Both the position numbers and the translations under genes were made by a program. The notes under the pieces are model-generated. The model saw only the letters and a list, made by a program, of their open reading frames with translations, had not been told where the DNA came from and did not search any database. Shown here piece by piece: positions 26,243 to 37,303 of a stretch of DNA of 64,000 bases. Source of the DNA: Rebecca billardiae RCC1528 (lineage: Eukaryota > Protista > Haptophyta); assembly GCA_965240325.2 (NCBI GenBank), contig OZ251229.1:496001-560000 (forward strand). Direction: 5' to 3'. How positions within the stretch are numbered: the stretch's first letter is position 1; every line of letters begins with the position of its first letter.

Positions 26243-26935
26243 CAGTAGGTGTATGCGGAAGGAATCAGGCCAGTCGGGCTGAGAAGCCCGGGACAGCCTC
26301 GATGGGACTGCCCCCCGCTCTGCAAACGAATGCAGCGGAACTGGATCATCCACCAGCCGGTCGGGCCAAGAAGCCCGGGACAGCCGCGATGGGGCTGCCC
26401 CCCGCTGCAAACGCATGCAGCGAGACTGGATCACCACTGGTCGGTCGATGTGACACGACCCGCCAGCCAGTAGGTGTGTGCGGAAGGAATCAGGCCAGTC
26501 GGGCTGAGAAGCCAGGGACAGCCGCGATGGGGCTGCCCCCCGCTGCAAACGAATGCTGCGGAACTGGATCATCCACCAGCCGGTTGGGCTGAGAAGCCCG
26601 GGACAGCCGCGAAGGGGCTGCCCCCCGCTGCATGCGAATGCTGCGAAACCGGATCACCACTGGTCGGTCGATACGACACGACCCGCCAGCCAGTAGGTGT
26701 GTGCGGAAGGAATCAGGCCAGTCGGGCTGAGAAGCCAGGGACAGCCGCGATGGGGCTGCCCCCCGCTGCAAATGAATGCTGCGGAACTGGATCATCCACC
26801 AGCCGGTCGGGCTGAGAAGCCCGGGACAGCCGCGAAGGGGCTGCCCATCGCTGCAAACGCAGGCAGCGAAACCGGATCACCACTGGTCAGTCGGGCTGGA
26901 AGCCCGGGGCAGCCGCGATGGGGCTGCCCCCTGTT
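26243..26935. repeat. Tandem array, ~3 x 223-224 bp, each unit with two internal sub-repeats
   Basis: CCAGTAGGTGT.TGCGGAAGGAATCAGG recurs at 26243, 26467 and 26690. Confidence 0.92.
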
Positions 26936-27002
26936 GCACACTCATGCCAGCAGCGGCCGCGGGACAGGACGACGAGCGAAAAGCTGCCTGCATCGACAGG
27001 GC

Positions 27003-28603
27003 CTACTGCGAGCCGAGGAGTATGCTCACGCCGCCGGCGATATCGTCGTTGTCGATGGGCGGGAGGTCCGCCGCAAAGCGACTGTGCACCGGCGAGGAAG
27101 CCATCCGAAGCACTTGCTGCGCGTACATCTCGGCGGTCAGACGCGCGTAGATGCGGGGGCACTCGTCCGAACGCCACCGGCAGATGCGCTGGATGAGGTC
27201 CCTGGAGGCGCCTCCCGAGAGAAGAGCGCAGGCGGCGCCGATGCGGAAGCTGTGCGCCGAGTACTTTCGTGCGTCAGCTGGCTGCATGATGGCGCAGAGC
27301 AGCCCGTCGACCACGCTGTCGACGAGCTGGTGCCGCAGCGGCGCGCGCGAGCCTGGCGCCGAGCAGAAGAGCGGCGTGGACGCTTGCGCGCCCTGCGCGA
27401 CCGGGTCGGCTAGCACGTGCTCGGCGAGAGCGCCACCGGGATCGAGCGCATCGCCGGGGAGCACGGGCAGGTAGATCGGATCGGCGCCATAGACGTCGCC
27501 AAAGGCGTCGCTTTTGGAGCACGGCGGGCGAAGCACTGCGAAATCCCCGCGCGCGCGCGCGCGCAGCTGCTGCGCGGAAGGCATCGCGACGAGGACGCCG
27601 CCCAGCCGCCAAGTGAGCGACGCCCGCGATAGGCAGCCGGCGTGAAACGAGTCGTTGTCCGCAGTCGCGACCTCCGCCTTGCGCAGCGCGCCGAAGTAGA
27701 GCGTGACGAGCAACGCCCGCATGCCGATCCAGAATGGATCACGCTAGTCGACAATGCGCCCCGCCACGCGCGCGCCGCCGGCGCGCGCAAAGATGTCGCG
27801 GAGGTGCTGGGCCCCCAGCGGCTCCTTGCGCTGCGGGAGGAGCGCCTCAGAGCCGTGGCGACGCACGAACTCGCGCAGCATCCCCGCGAGCACGCGCTTG
27901 ATGAGCGGCGCGCGCACGAGCTCGATGTTGGCTGTGTTGCGGTGGACACGGCGCACCGTCTGCACGACAGAGAAGGCGCTCTGCGGGCGCGCGCCCGGGT
28001 CGGAGTGGCGGCGCGGCCGCATGCGCTCGTACGTGTGGATGAGGAACGAGGCGAGGAGGAAACTCTCGCGCTGGAAGCCTACCGAGTCCGCGCCCGAGTT
28101 AGCAGCCGCATCGGTGCGCAGCGGCGGCGTGCCCATCAGCGCGCAGTACGCCAACCAGCGCCGCCAGTCCGTCGCGTCCTTGGCCTGCGTGTTGACTGGC
28201 GCCGCCGCCGCCGCGGCGCGCGCGAGCGAGGCGTGGAGGCGCGCCGCCGCCAGCGGTTCGGCCGGGTGGAGCGCGAGCGGCGAGGTGCCTCCGAACGGCG
28301 GCGGCGGCAGCGCCGGCAAACCGTCGGGCGAGGGCGCAGCCGGGTCGGAGGAGAGCCGCACGGGCAGGGGCCGCAAGTCGAAGCGCGCGCTAGCAGCATA
28401 CGCGCACACGACCGCCGGCGGCTGACCCGAGGGCGCGGCGCCGCCGGGGGGCCGCTGCTGCTGGCTAAGCGAGAGATGCGCACCGCGTCGCCAGAGCGCA
28501 CCTGCCCGCAGAGCCGGCGCCTGCGCCGGCGCGAGGGCCAGATCCGGCCGCGAGCGCGACTGCCGAGAGAGCGCGTCGGGCGGCGGCCGCCGCCATCCTG
28601 TAT
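27003..28603 (-). pseudogene. Tyrosine recombinase (DIRS-type YR) with one in-frame nonsense codon
   Basis: Two ORFs in the same frame separated by TAG at 27744-27746. Catalytic R (FGALRKAE), K (SKSD), HxxR (HSFRIG), W (CRWRS) and Y (RIYAR) are all present. Confidence 0.88.
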
Positions 28604-30560
28604 ACTCACTCGGTAGACCCACATGAGAGTAGATTGAGGTGGGGGCCGCGTTGATAAACGCGTGAGGTGACTAGGTCACACCCCCGAAGCCGTCCAGGAT
28701 GCGACGCCGACCAGGAAGGACTCGCCGATGCATTCGAGCAACTATGCCGACAGAAGCCGATGACCGCCTAGACGCCGAAGAGGAAGTACTCGATGGAGCA
28801 CGTAGACCGCAGGCGCTGGCAGCCGACGCCCCCCCCCCAACGCAAGTTTGGGCAGAGCGCGGCGCCGCAGGAGGCAGAGGCCTCGAGGGCCTCCACCCCC
28901 CCGACACCGCGCGCACCCAAGGCCATGCCCACCCAGCAACCAGCAGGGTGGGAGGGCAGGGAGAAACAACTCCCAGAGGAGGAGCAGCCACCAGCGCAGC
29001 GGTGACCAGAGCAGCCACGCCGGCCGCCGCGCCGCGGGTGCAGCCAGCGAGCGCGGCCGCACCCAGACGCGCATCGCTTGCCAAGCTGCTGAGCCAATCC
29101 AGGCCCGCGCCCAATCCGGGCCTGGCTCGGCTTGACGACCGGAAAACCTCCAGGCAGCCGGACCCTGGCTGCCAGCCCGCCCTCATGAGGGCTACCGGTG
29201 AGTTATACCCGCATAACCGAGCGGTTATACAACCATAACTCACTCGGTAGACCCACATGAGAGTAGATTGAGGTGGGGGCCGCGTTGATAAACGCGTGAG
29301 GTGACTAGGTCACACCCCCGAAGCCGTCCAGGATGCGACGCCGACCAGGAAGGACTCGCCGATGCATTCGAGCAACTATGCCGACAGAAGCCGATGACCG
29401 CCTAGACGCCGAAGAGGAAGTACTCGATGGAGCACGTAGACCGCAGGCGCTGGCAGCCGACGCCCCCCCCCCAACGCAAGTTTGGGCAGAGCGCGGCGCC
29501 GCAGGAGGCAGAGGCCTCGAGGGCCTCCACCCAGAAGGAGGTGTGGAATGCCACACCCCGCAGGGGTGGTGGCCGGGGGCCCGAAGAGGCCGAGGCCGCC
29601 GAAGGAGTAGCGCGAGGACCGAAGGCGGCAGAGGCCCAGAGGGGCTCCCCGCAGGGTTGTATGAGTAAGGACGATCCAGACGGCATGAGACAGTGGGCAC
29701 GAAGACATGCGCGGCGGCGGCGGCGCAGGCGGGAAGCAGGCGCGAGACACGCACGCGTAGCGTCAGATAAGGTAGCAGGTCGCATCCCACACACAGCAGT
29801 GCACGGCAGACTGCAGAGGAGGCGGCAGAGAAGGAGAGAGCAGCACCCACCCGCCAGGCGATGAAGGCAAGCGAGACTGCGAAGCGTGAGAAGATTGCAG
29901 ACGGGGACGCCTGGGAGCGGTTCCCAGGCGCCCCCATCGAAAGCAGAGCATGAGAAGATTGCAGACGGGGACGCCTCGAAGCGGTTCCGAGGCGCCCCCA
30001 TCGAAAGCAGAGCATGAGAAGATTGCAGACGGGGACGCCTCGAAGCGGTTCCGAGGCGCCCCCATCGAAAGCAGAGCATGAGAAGATAGATTGCAGACGG
30101 GGACGCCTCGAAGCGGCTCCGAGGCGCCCCCATCGAAAGCAGATAGAGCATGAGAAGATTGCAGACGGGGACGCCTCGAAGCGGCTCCGAGGCGCCCCCA
30201 TCGAAAGCAGAGAGCAAGCAGGGCAGGTGCACGAGTGGAGAGAGCGAGGGCTGAGGGCGGCCTACCGCCGACGCACACGCACCTGGAAGAAACAACTCCC
30301 AGAGGAGGAGCAGCCACCAGCGCAGCGGTGACCAGAGCAGCCACGCCGGCCGCCGCGCCGCGGGTGCAGCCAGCGAGCGCGGCCGCACCCAGACGCGCAT
30401 CGCTTGCCAAGCTGCTGAGCCAATCCAGGCCCGCGCCCAATCCGGGCCTGGCTCGGCTTGACGACCGGAAAACCTCCAGGCAGCCGGACCCTGGCTGCCA
30501 GCCCGCCCTCATGAGGGCTACCGGTGAGTTATACCCGCATAACCGAGCGGTTATACAACC
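28604..30560 (-). mobile_element. Non-autonomous split-direct-repeat (TOC1/Ngaro-like) retroelement, copy 1
   Basis: 295-bp repeat at 28604-28898 and 29238-29532; 273-bp repeat at 28962-29234 and 30288-30560. On the - strand the order is A1-internal-B1-A2-B2. No TSD and no credible ORF. Confidence 0.8.
29888..30213. repeat. 5 x 64-bp hairpin-forming tandem repeat
   Basis: Unit GAGAAGATTGCAGACGGGGACGCCTCGAAGCGGTTCCGAGGCGCCCCCATCGAAAGCAGAGCAT starts at 29888, 29952, 30016, 30080 and 30152. Confidence 0.93.
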
Positions 30561-31252
30561 ATATATATATATATATGCCAGTGACTCGTTCGTCGGGCAG
30601 TTGCGCATCATGAGTTCATGACTAAGTGTCATGTGACTTCAAGGGCGTTCCCGGGATCCTGGCACACGCTCCGCGAGGGGTTTTGGCCCCCTGGGGGCCA
30701 AAACCCCTCCGGACTGGCGCTGCGCCAGTGGCGGCCGCCACTATGACTACCCGGACTGCAGCGCACCAGCGCTTGGCGCGCGCGCGGCGCGGCGCGCTGC
30801 GGCCGTCGAGTTGCCGTGCGAAGGCGGCGCGTTGCTTGCGTGGCATCGGAACACGACCATGCTCCGCACTGCGCCCCGCAGCGCGCTCCTCGTCGACTTT
30901 GCCGCGCCTACGATCAGCGCGCATGCGAGCGTCGCCTCGGAATGAGCAGCCCGCGCCGGCCTCAGCCGTGAGCGCCCGCCTGGCGCGCGATGCGATCAAC
31001 TCGGGGCACGAGCTGCGGCTGAGCGAGGAAGCACGTGCCTGCGCGTAAGCCGCGCCGCCTTGAGACACCGATCGTGCGCGTTGATGCAGCTTCAGACGGC
31101 TGTCAACGAATGCCGATCAGCCTGCACGAGCCTGCATGCAGTGGAGATGAAACAACAGACGATCTGGAGATCCGGCTCGCCGAGTTGGTTTGGTAGCTCT
31201 GCAGCCGCAGGACGGGTTATAGATGCACCTGATGAACTCCCTGCTGCATGGC

Positions 31253-33499
31253 ATGGGGCGCACGAAGAGACCACGGTGCGCCCGGTAGTGCGCGCTCGCC
31301 GTTCTGCTCGTAGCGGTGCAGTGCATCGCCAGAGCGGTCGGCGCCGGCAACGTTAAGCTCATCCGCCCGCCTTCGCGCGAGCGATGCGAGCGCGCGTGGG
31401 ATTCCGGGGCCGCCACGTCGGTCGCAGCGCTCGCAGTCATTCGCAACCGCGCGGACATTGCGCACGAGTGGGTGGAGCACTACACGAGTCAGGGTGTGCG
31501 GCACACCTTCTTGATCGACGACAATTCCACTGATGGTCTCGATCGCGTGCTCGGCTGCCTCCCGGCGGCACACCGGCCGACGGTGTGGCGCGCGGCCGAC
31601 ATGGTGCGCCGGCCGCACCAGAGGTGGTCCATGAAGCAGGTGCAGCTGTACGGCGTCGCATTCCACCGCGTGCACGCCCTCGGCACGTTCGAGTGGCTGG
31701 TCGTCGTCGACATAGACGAGTTCATGCTAAGCCGCCTGTGCCCGGCGCGTACGCTCGCGTCCCTGCTCGCCAACGAGCTCGCCTCGTGCGACGTGGTCTC
31801 TGCGCCGTGGGTGCTCTTCTGGGGCCTCGGCCTCGGCGTCGAGCCGTGCGGCCGGGTGCTCGAGCGCGTGCGCACACGCGAGCCGTTTGGCCCGGGGCTC
31901 CTCGCCAACCCGCCCGGTCTGCCCTTCACCCTGCGGCGCAAGCGGCGGCGCGACAAGCGAGGGCTCGAGGTGACGATCCACGAGCACAAGTACGCCGTCC
32001 GCCTCTCCGCAGTGCTGCACCAGACCACGCAGCACGTGTGGAAGGCGGGCGTGTCGGAGGCAGTGAAAGGGTCTGGGCTCGGCATACACTCGGCCCAGGT
32101 ACGCGAGGGCTCGCGTGTGTGCTCCATGCGCCCCGAAGGTCCGCTCACGCCCGTGTGGTGGATGCGCGTTGAGGCCCTGAAGGGAGCTTCGCAATCGCCT
32201 GATTGGGTCGGCGGCGCGTCCGACCGCCAGACGAATGGCCTGCTGCTCGCCACGCACCATTACCGCGCGACGAGCGGGGCGGGCTGGTTCGTGAAGGTGA
32301 GAACGCACACGGACAACTTCGCCATGTACGGCGCACAGAGCGAACAGAGCGAGCACCGCCTCTTTCTCATGCGCCGCGCCGACGTGAGCGACGACGCGAC
32401 CCTCAACGCGCGCCTGCTGCACAGCCGCCGCCGCGAGCTGGCACGGCTTCCCGGCTGGCGCGATGGCGGCGGCGCGTGCGTGGCGACGCTCGCGCGCCCG
32501 CACCCGGCGCGCCGCGGCGCGTGCGCGCGGGGGTACGGCGTGCACGCCAACGCGCACCTCGTGTCGCGCGCCTCGGCATGCAGAAGTGCCTTCGGGCCCT
32601 CCGAGCCCTCGGGGCGTGCGCGCGGCGCGCCCGCGCCCAAGCCGCCCAACGGCGCCGATGGCGAGCCGCGGCTTTCGCCAGCGCTGCACGGTGCCATCGC
32701 GGTGAGCGCCGCGCCGGGCGGTGAGGCCGTCGACGGACTCCACGCCGCGCTGTGCGCGGCCGGCGCGCGCACGCTCCACGGCTCGCGGAACCGCTCGTGC
32801 CACGTGGGGCCTGCTTTGGGCGCGCTGCACGCTCGGCTCGTCGCGCTGGTGGACGCGCACCCTGGCGGCAGCGGCGCGCTCGAGGCGTGCGCGCTTGCCA
32901 GCGCAGGCGGCGCGCGCGCGTGCATGGCGCCCGCCGCGCACGCCGCCGCGCTCGCACTGCTCTCGCGCATCGCCCTCGGCCAGCCGCAGGCACTGCTCGA
33001 GCCGTACTGGCTGTGGCTGCGCGAGCTCCTCGTGCTGCTCCCCGGCTGCATCGTCGCGCACCCACTCGAGCGTGCGGTGGAGTGGGCCGAGCGCCAGGCC
33101 GCGCCCGAGGACGGTGGCACCGGGTCGGCACGCGCCGCGCAGTGGCCGTCGCGCGGTGCCGCGGCCACGCAGTATGCGGCGCATAACTCGCGCGTGCAGG
33201 CGCTCGCCGCGCGCCGGCGCGCTGCATCAGACGGTGTGTGGCGAGTGGGGGAGTACTGGCAGCTGTGCGCCGCCGATCGCGCCGCTGCCGACGGCCGGGC
33301 CGCGGGCGCTGCGTCGCCTGCTACGGCAGCCGCAGGCGAAGGCGAGCCAGCAGTCTCCGCTGATCGTGCAGCTGGCGGCATAGACCTGAGGGAGGCGCGG
33401 CCGTGCGACGGCAAGGCGGTGCAAGCCGCGCTTGTGGACCGGCTAACAGGGCCGCTCGCGTTGTGCGACACTCATTCGGGCGGTCGTCACGACACGTAG
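31253..33499 (+). CDS. Glycosyltransferase (GT2/GT92-like, GT-A fold); in-frame TAG at codon 12, so possibly a pseudogene
   Basis: EWVEHY...GV.H.FLIDDNSTD and WLVVVDIDEF motifs. ATG 31253 reads MGRTKRPRCAR*CALAVLLVAV (a type II anchor broken by TAG 31286-31288). Confidence 0.65.
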
Positions 33500-34495
33500 C
33501 GCCGGCCACTCGGCCCCGACGGCCAAATCCGCGTAGTCGCCGGGCTCGCCCGCGGGGCTCGGGGGCCGCTCGGGCCGCGGCTGGCGGCGAACCCAGGCTG
33601 CCCTGCTGGGCAGCCTGGCGGCGGGGTTGAAACTCAACTACTGCTGTATGATTCAAATTGGCGCATGCACTGAGTACGACGCGTGATACTGATGCGGTAA
33701 CTACATACTCTGCTGCCCTGCATGTGGGCTGTGTCCATAGCTAGTTAAGGGCCGCTATGCTGCCGTGCCACGTGAGGCCCGCGGCGGGGCAGGCTCCGGC
33801 TCCGGTCCACCACCCCAGCTCCGTTACGTCTTGGCCCCGAGCGCGAACGGCGAAGTCCAGCAAGCGGACCATGCAGCGGCAGAGTCCGTCCCTTCCGAAG
33901 TTCAACGAACGACCGGTCAAAAGACAACAAAATGGGGCGCCGATCGTCAGACGACTAAGCTGTCGGGCAATCTGGGCTTGCCAGATTTACCCGCATGGCA
34001 CCGAAGAGCTACGAGGAGCCAATCGCTACTCTGCTCGAGGTGCAGCTCAGGTCGGTGACCTACGCGCAGTTGATTATTGCATCGTCGATGACCTGTTAAC
34101 TATTTACCTAATTGCTAATTACCACTTCCGTATGCGTCCCACAGGCTCCCAGCCTGAAAGGTGGGAGATACCTATGGAGATGCATTTCCACTTGACGAGC
34201 CGAATCGGTCTTAAACCGGTTTGGGGCGCAGCCTCAGCTTCCAGGGCCAGCTTGGAGGCGGGGGCCAGGCCGTGCCTGCTCACAGACAGGGGCATCCCTC
34301 TGTTGCCCTTGCGGAGGCTGGTCGACACTGCCAGCTGCAGCGAGCCACCTGCTTCGTTTCGAGTCTCCTAAGTCTCTGATAAGCTACCTCGGACCGCAAT
34401 GATCGGTTATTCAGACATTCTGTTTTGCTATACGTAAATACCCGCACCTACTCAGATTTCAGCACATGCAGCGTCCGGGAGCGTTCCGGAGACCT

Positions 34496-34497
<2 letters not shown>

Positions 34498-34576
<79 letters not shown>
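34498..34576. repeat. (CA)n microsatellite
   Basis: Seen directly. Confidence 0.97.
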
Positions 34577-34578
<2 letters not shown>

Positions 34579-35263
34579 CGAAATCGGGAACCAGAACTGC
34601 TGGGTATTTAGTTATAGAAAATAAAGTAGCCCGGAGTGATGAACGTATTATATTGGACAATTCGGGTTTCAATTAATACTTCCATTCAATTGGACTTTGG
34701 AGCAGTGCGTGCAGGCGGCTGATGATGATGATGATCCATCTATAGCCACGTACGCGGTAATATCGTCCACTGAGGGACCGCCTGGGGTGGTCTACAGGAG
34801 CTATTGAGTATTGTAGATCATCAGAGCCAGAGGCGCGGCGATCGCCCCGCCGAAAATTATTGATTGGCACTTCGGTGCGCGTGGCGGAGATTCGCTCTGT
34901 TGGCGTGGTGCAGGGGTGTCCCTGCTTGCTGATCAGTTCAGTGTGGTGATTGGGTGGTGACTTCGGATCGCTGAGAAAGCTTTTGCAGAGTTCTCAGGAA
35001 GGACTTGTCTCAGAATTGTCGTGATTGGAAACTTTGGACCACCTTCTCAGCTTCGCTTGAGAACGTCTCAGGACCTTTGATTCCTGGAGTGTTCCGCGAC
35101 GCTTGTTCAGTTATTGTTGGCCATTATGAAATGCACGATGAATGATGATGATGAATGAAGTCGGTGCACGGAGCATGAATAAAACCGACAGTTGAGGTCG
35201 TATCGATGATAAGGTCTTGAATTGGAATGAAGCCTCAGCATGATGGTGGCGCGCTTATAGATA

Positions 35264-36988
35264 TGACCGCGTTCCGCGGTCCTTTTCCGTAGAACCAACG
35301 CAGTTCGGGGCCCGCGGCGCAGTGGTTGAGAATGAGACTGACGAGTCAGTCAGTCCGAGTCAGAAAGACAGTTCAGCCACTCTGAGAGGGAGAGTCACAG
35401 ACCCGAGACCGAGTCTCGGACTCGGCGCGAGTATGCGGGCGCGCACGGCCAAGGGTGGCATGGGACACCAGCGGACGGGCCACGCTGGGAAGCGGGGCGG
35501 CGCGCTCGCAGGGCGAGAGGCGCGGACGGGCCGCGCGGGGAAGCGGGGCGGCGGCGCGCGCAGGGCGAGAGGGCGAGAGGCGCCGCGCGGCGCCGGGCCG
35601 GCGCGTGCGCGCGTGCGTGCGCACCTGCTTCAGCTTGCAAGGTGCTCGCGCTGCGCCATGCGCTCGACGAAGGGCCGCTGGTCGCGAGCCGGCGCGTGCG
35701 CGCGAGCGGGCGCACCTGCTTGAGGTACTCGCCCTGCGCCATGCGCTCGACGACGGGCCGCTGGTCGCTCAGCCGGCACGCCTCGTGCCGGCAGAGCGAG
35801 AGCGCGCGCCACTGCAGACTGCTGGCCCGCCGGCCTGCCGGCTGCGCAGCCGCGCACCGAGACCGACCGAGCGGAGCTCGGGGCGGTGGAACGAGGCGAG
35901 CGGCGCGTCGCGCCTGCCGCCGCGCGTGCGCGCCTGCTCCACCGCCGCCGCCGTGCTCGCCCGCCGCCTCCTCCGCCGCGTCGGCCTCGAAGACGGCGGC
36001 TGCCAGCGGCAGGCTGAGCCTGCGCGCGGCTCACTCACACTGTCTGTGAGTCCTCACGCTGCTGCCGGACCTCCGCGCCGCCGTCGACCGAGTTGAGGAG
36101 GAGCTCGCGCTCGGCGTCGAGGCGCGAGCTCGCGTGCTCGTGCTCGCCCTTCAGCCGCGCGAGCTCCGGGCGCATCCGGCTCATCAGCTCTGCCGCGCCG
36201 CTCGCTCGGCGGCGGCGCGGGCGGCGCGCTCTGCTCCGGTCGGCGAGCGACGAGCTCGCGTGCTCCGGACTCGGCTCGCCCTTGCGCGCTGCTCCTCGAG
36301 TGACGAACGCGCCCGCGGGCAGGTTGTTGCCCGTCGCCCCCGCCGCGATCTCGCCGCCCCCGCCGCGATCTCGTCGCGCATGTGTCCGTGGCGCGCGCCT
36401 GCGAGGTGACAGGCGGGCCGCGAGCTCAGCCTCGGGGAGAGCGGAGCGAGAGGGCGCTGAGACGCGCGGCCTGCGAGGCGACAGGCGCGCTCGGGGAGAG
36501 CATTTTACTATTCACATTTAGAAGTGATCAAATTTCCCGAGCCCTTGCCTTGCCGTTTTTATCGGTTGGCGGTTGGCGGCAATCTCATACTGCGGCCTGC
36601 GAGGCGACAGGCGCGCTCGGGGAGATCGAGCATTTTACTATTCACATTTAGAAGTGATCAAGTTTCCCGAGCCCTTGCCTTGCCGTTTTTATCGGTTGGC
36701 GGTTGGCGGCAATCTCATACTTAAAATCGCGCTCGTAACGAACCGTTACACTAATGTCACGTCCAGCTGACGTCCAGATCGCACTTTACTTAAGGGAATC
36801 AGCTGGACGCGCTTTTTTTCGGCCTAATAGACCTCTCTATGCGATCTAAAAAACTCGAAACTCGGTCTCCGCCAGCCCTAAAAATCGCCCCCCGTCCCTT
36901 TTTTCTTGATCAAAGATCTTTTTGAAACGTGGTTCGGGCCCGCTGGTGCGGGCTCCACGCTGCGCGCTCCGCCCTGCACCGCGGGCCA
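35264..36988. mobile_element. Non-autonomous element with terminal hairpin and asymmetric TIRs (Helitron2/Helentron-like), copy A
   Basis: Both ends shared with 50316-51981. Hairpin GACCGCG-TTC-CGCGGTC at 35265-35281; subterminal GGCCCGCGG (35309-35317) inverted against terminal CCGCGGGCC (36979-36987); sits between A and T. Confidence 0.62.
36466..36720. repeat. Tandem duplication, 2 x ~126-129 bp
   Basis: GCGGCCTGCGAGGCGACAGG...GGCAATCTCATAC occurs twice; the second copy has a 4-nt insertion. Confidence 0.9.
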
Positions 36989-37303
36989 TAATAGAATTGC
37001 TCAGCCGGCCTTGAGATGATTGAAACCTCGAGCTGGGGAATGGCGCGAATGGGCAAATGGCTGCCTTGATGGGCTTTTGACAATATATATATATATGATC
37101 GGCTACGCCGATCTTCGGGTAGTAAACAACGAAGTTGAGGGCGCACGGCCCTGGTAGTTAAAGTGAGTCTAGTAGTTGTCGTGCGCATTCTTCACCGCCG
37201 AATCACGATGCGCGCGCCCCGGGCGCGTCGCCGTGCAGGAGGCGCGGGCGCGAGTAATCGACGCGATCGACGGCCTCGGGGGGCTGCGCCGTGTCGCGGC
37301 TCT

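Larger units (their letters stand above)
24877..28603 (-). mobile_element. 5'-truncated DIRS-order (Ngaro/PAT-type) tyrosine-recombinase retroelement; 3' end with B1-A2-B2-like repeats
   Basis: Direct repeats 24877-25140 and 25680-25946 flank a 539-bp unique block. A 223-bp tandem array and a YR gene lie upstream on the - strand. No gag or RT seen. Confidence 0.72.

Noticed and set aside
29888-30213. Hairpin repeat arrays as CRISPR-like (also 41165-41490, 26243-26935, 44031-44761)
   Set aside because: Units are contiguous with no unique spacers, no cas genes are present, and all arrays lie inside transposons.
27744-31288. TAG reassignment suggested by two in-frame TAGs at plausible Trp positions
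   Set aside because: TAG terminates TPP2, PPP4R2 and the CFAP97-domain gene at sensible ends; single G>A changes explain both cases.
33745-35260. Lower-GC block with a 204-aa ORF and TTAA sites
   Set aside because: No recognisable domain or TIR pair; probably old repeat debris, but not classifiable.
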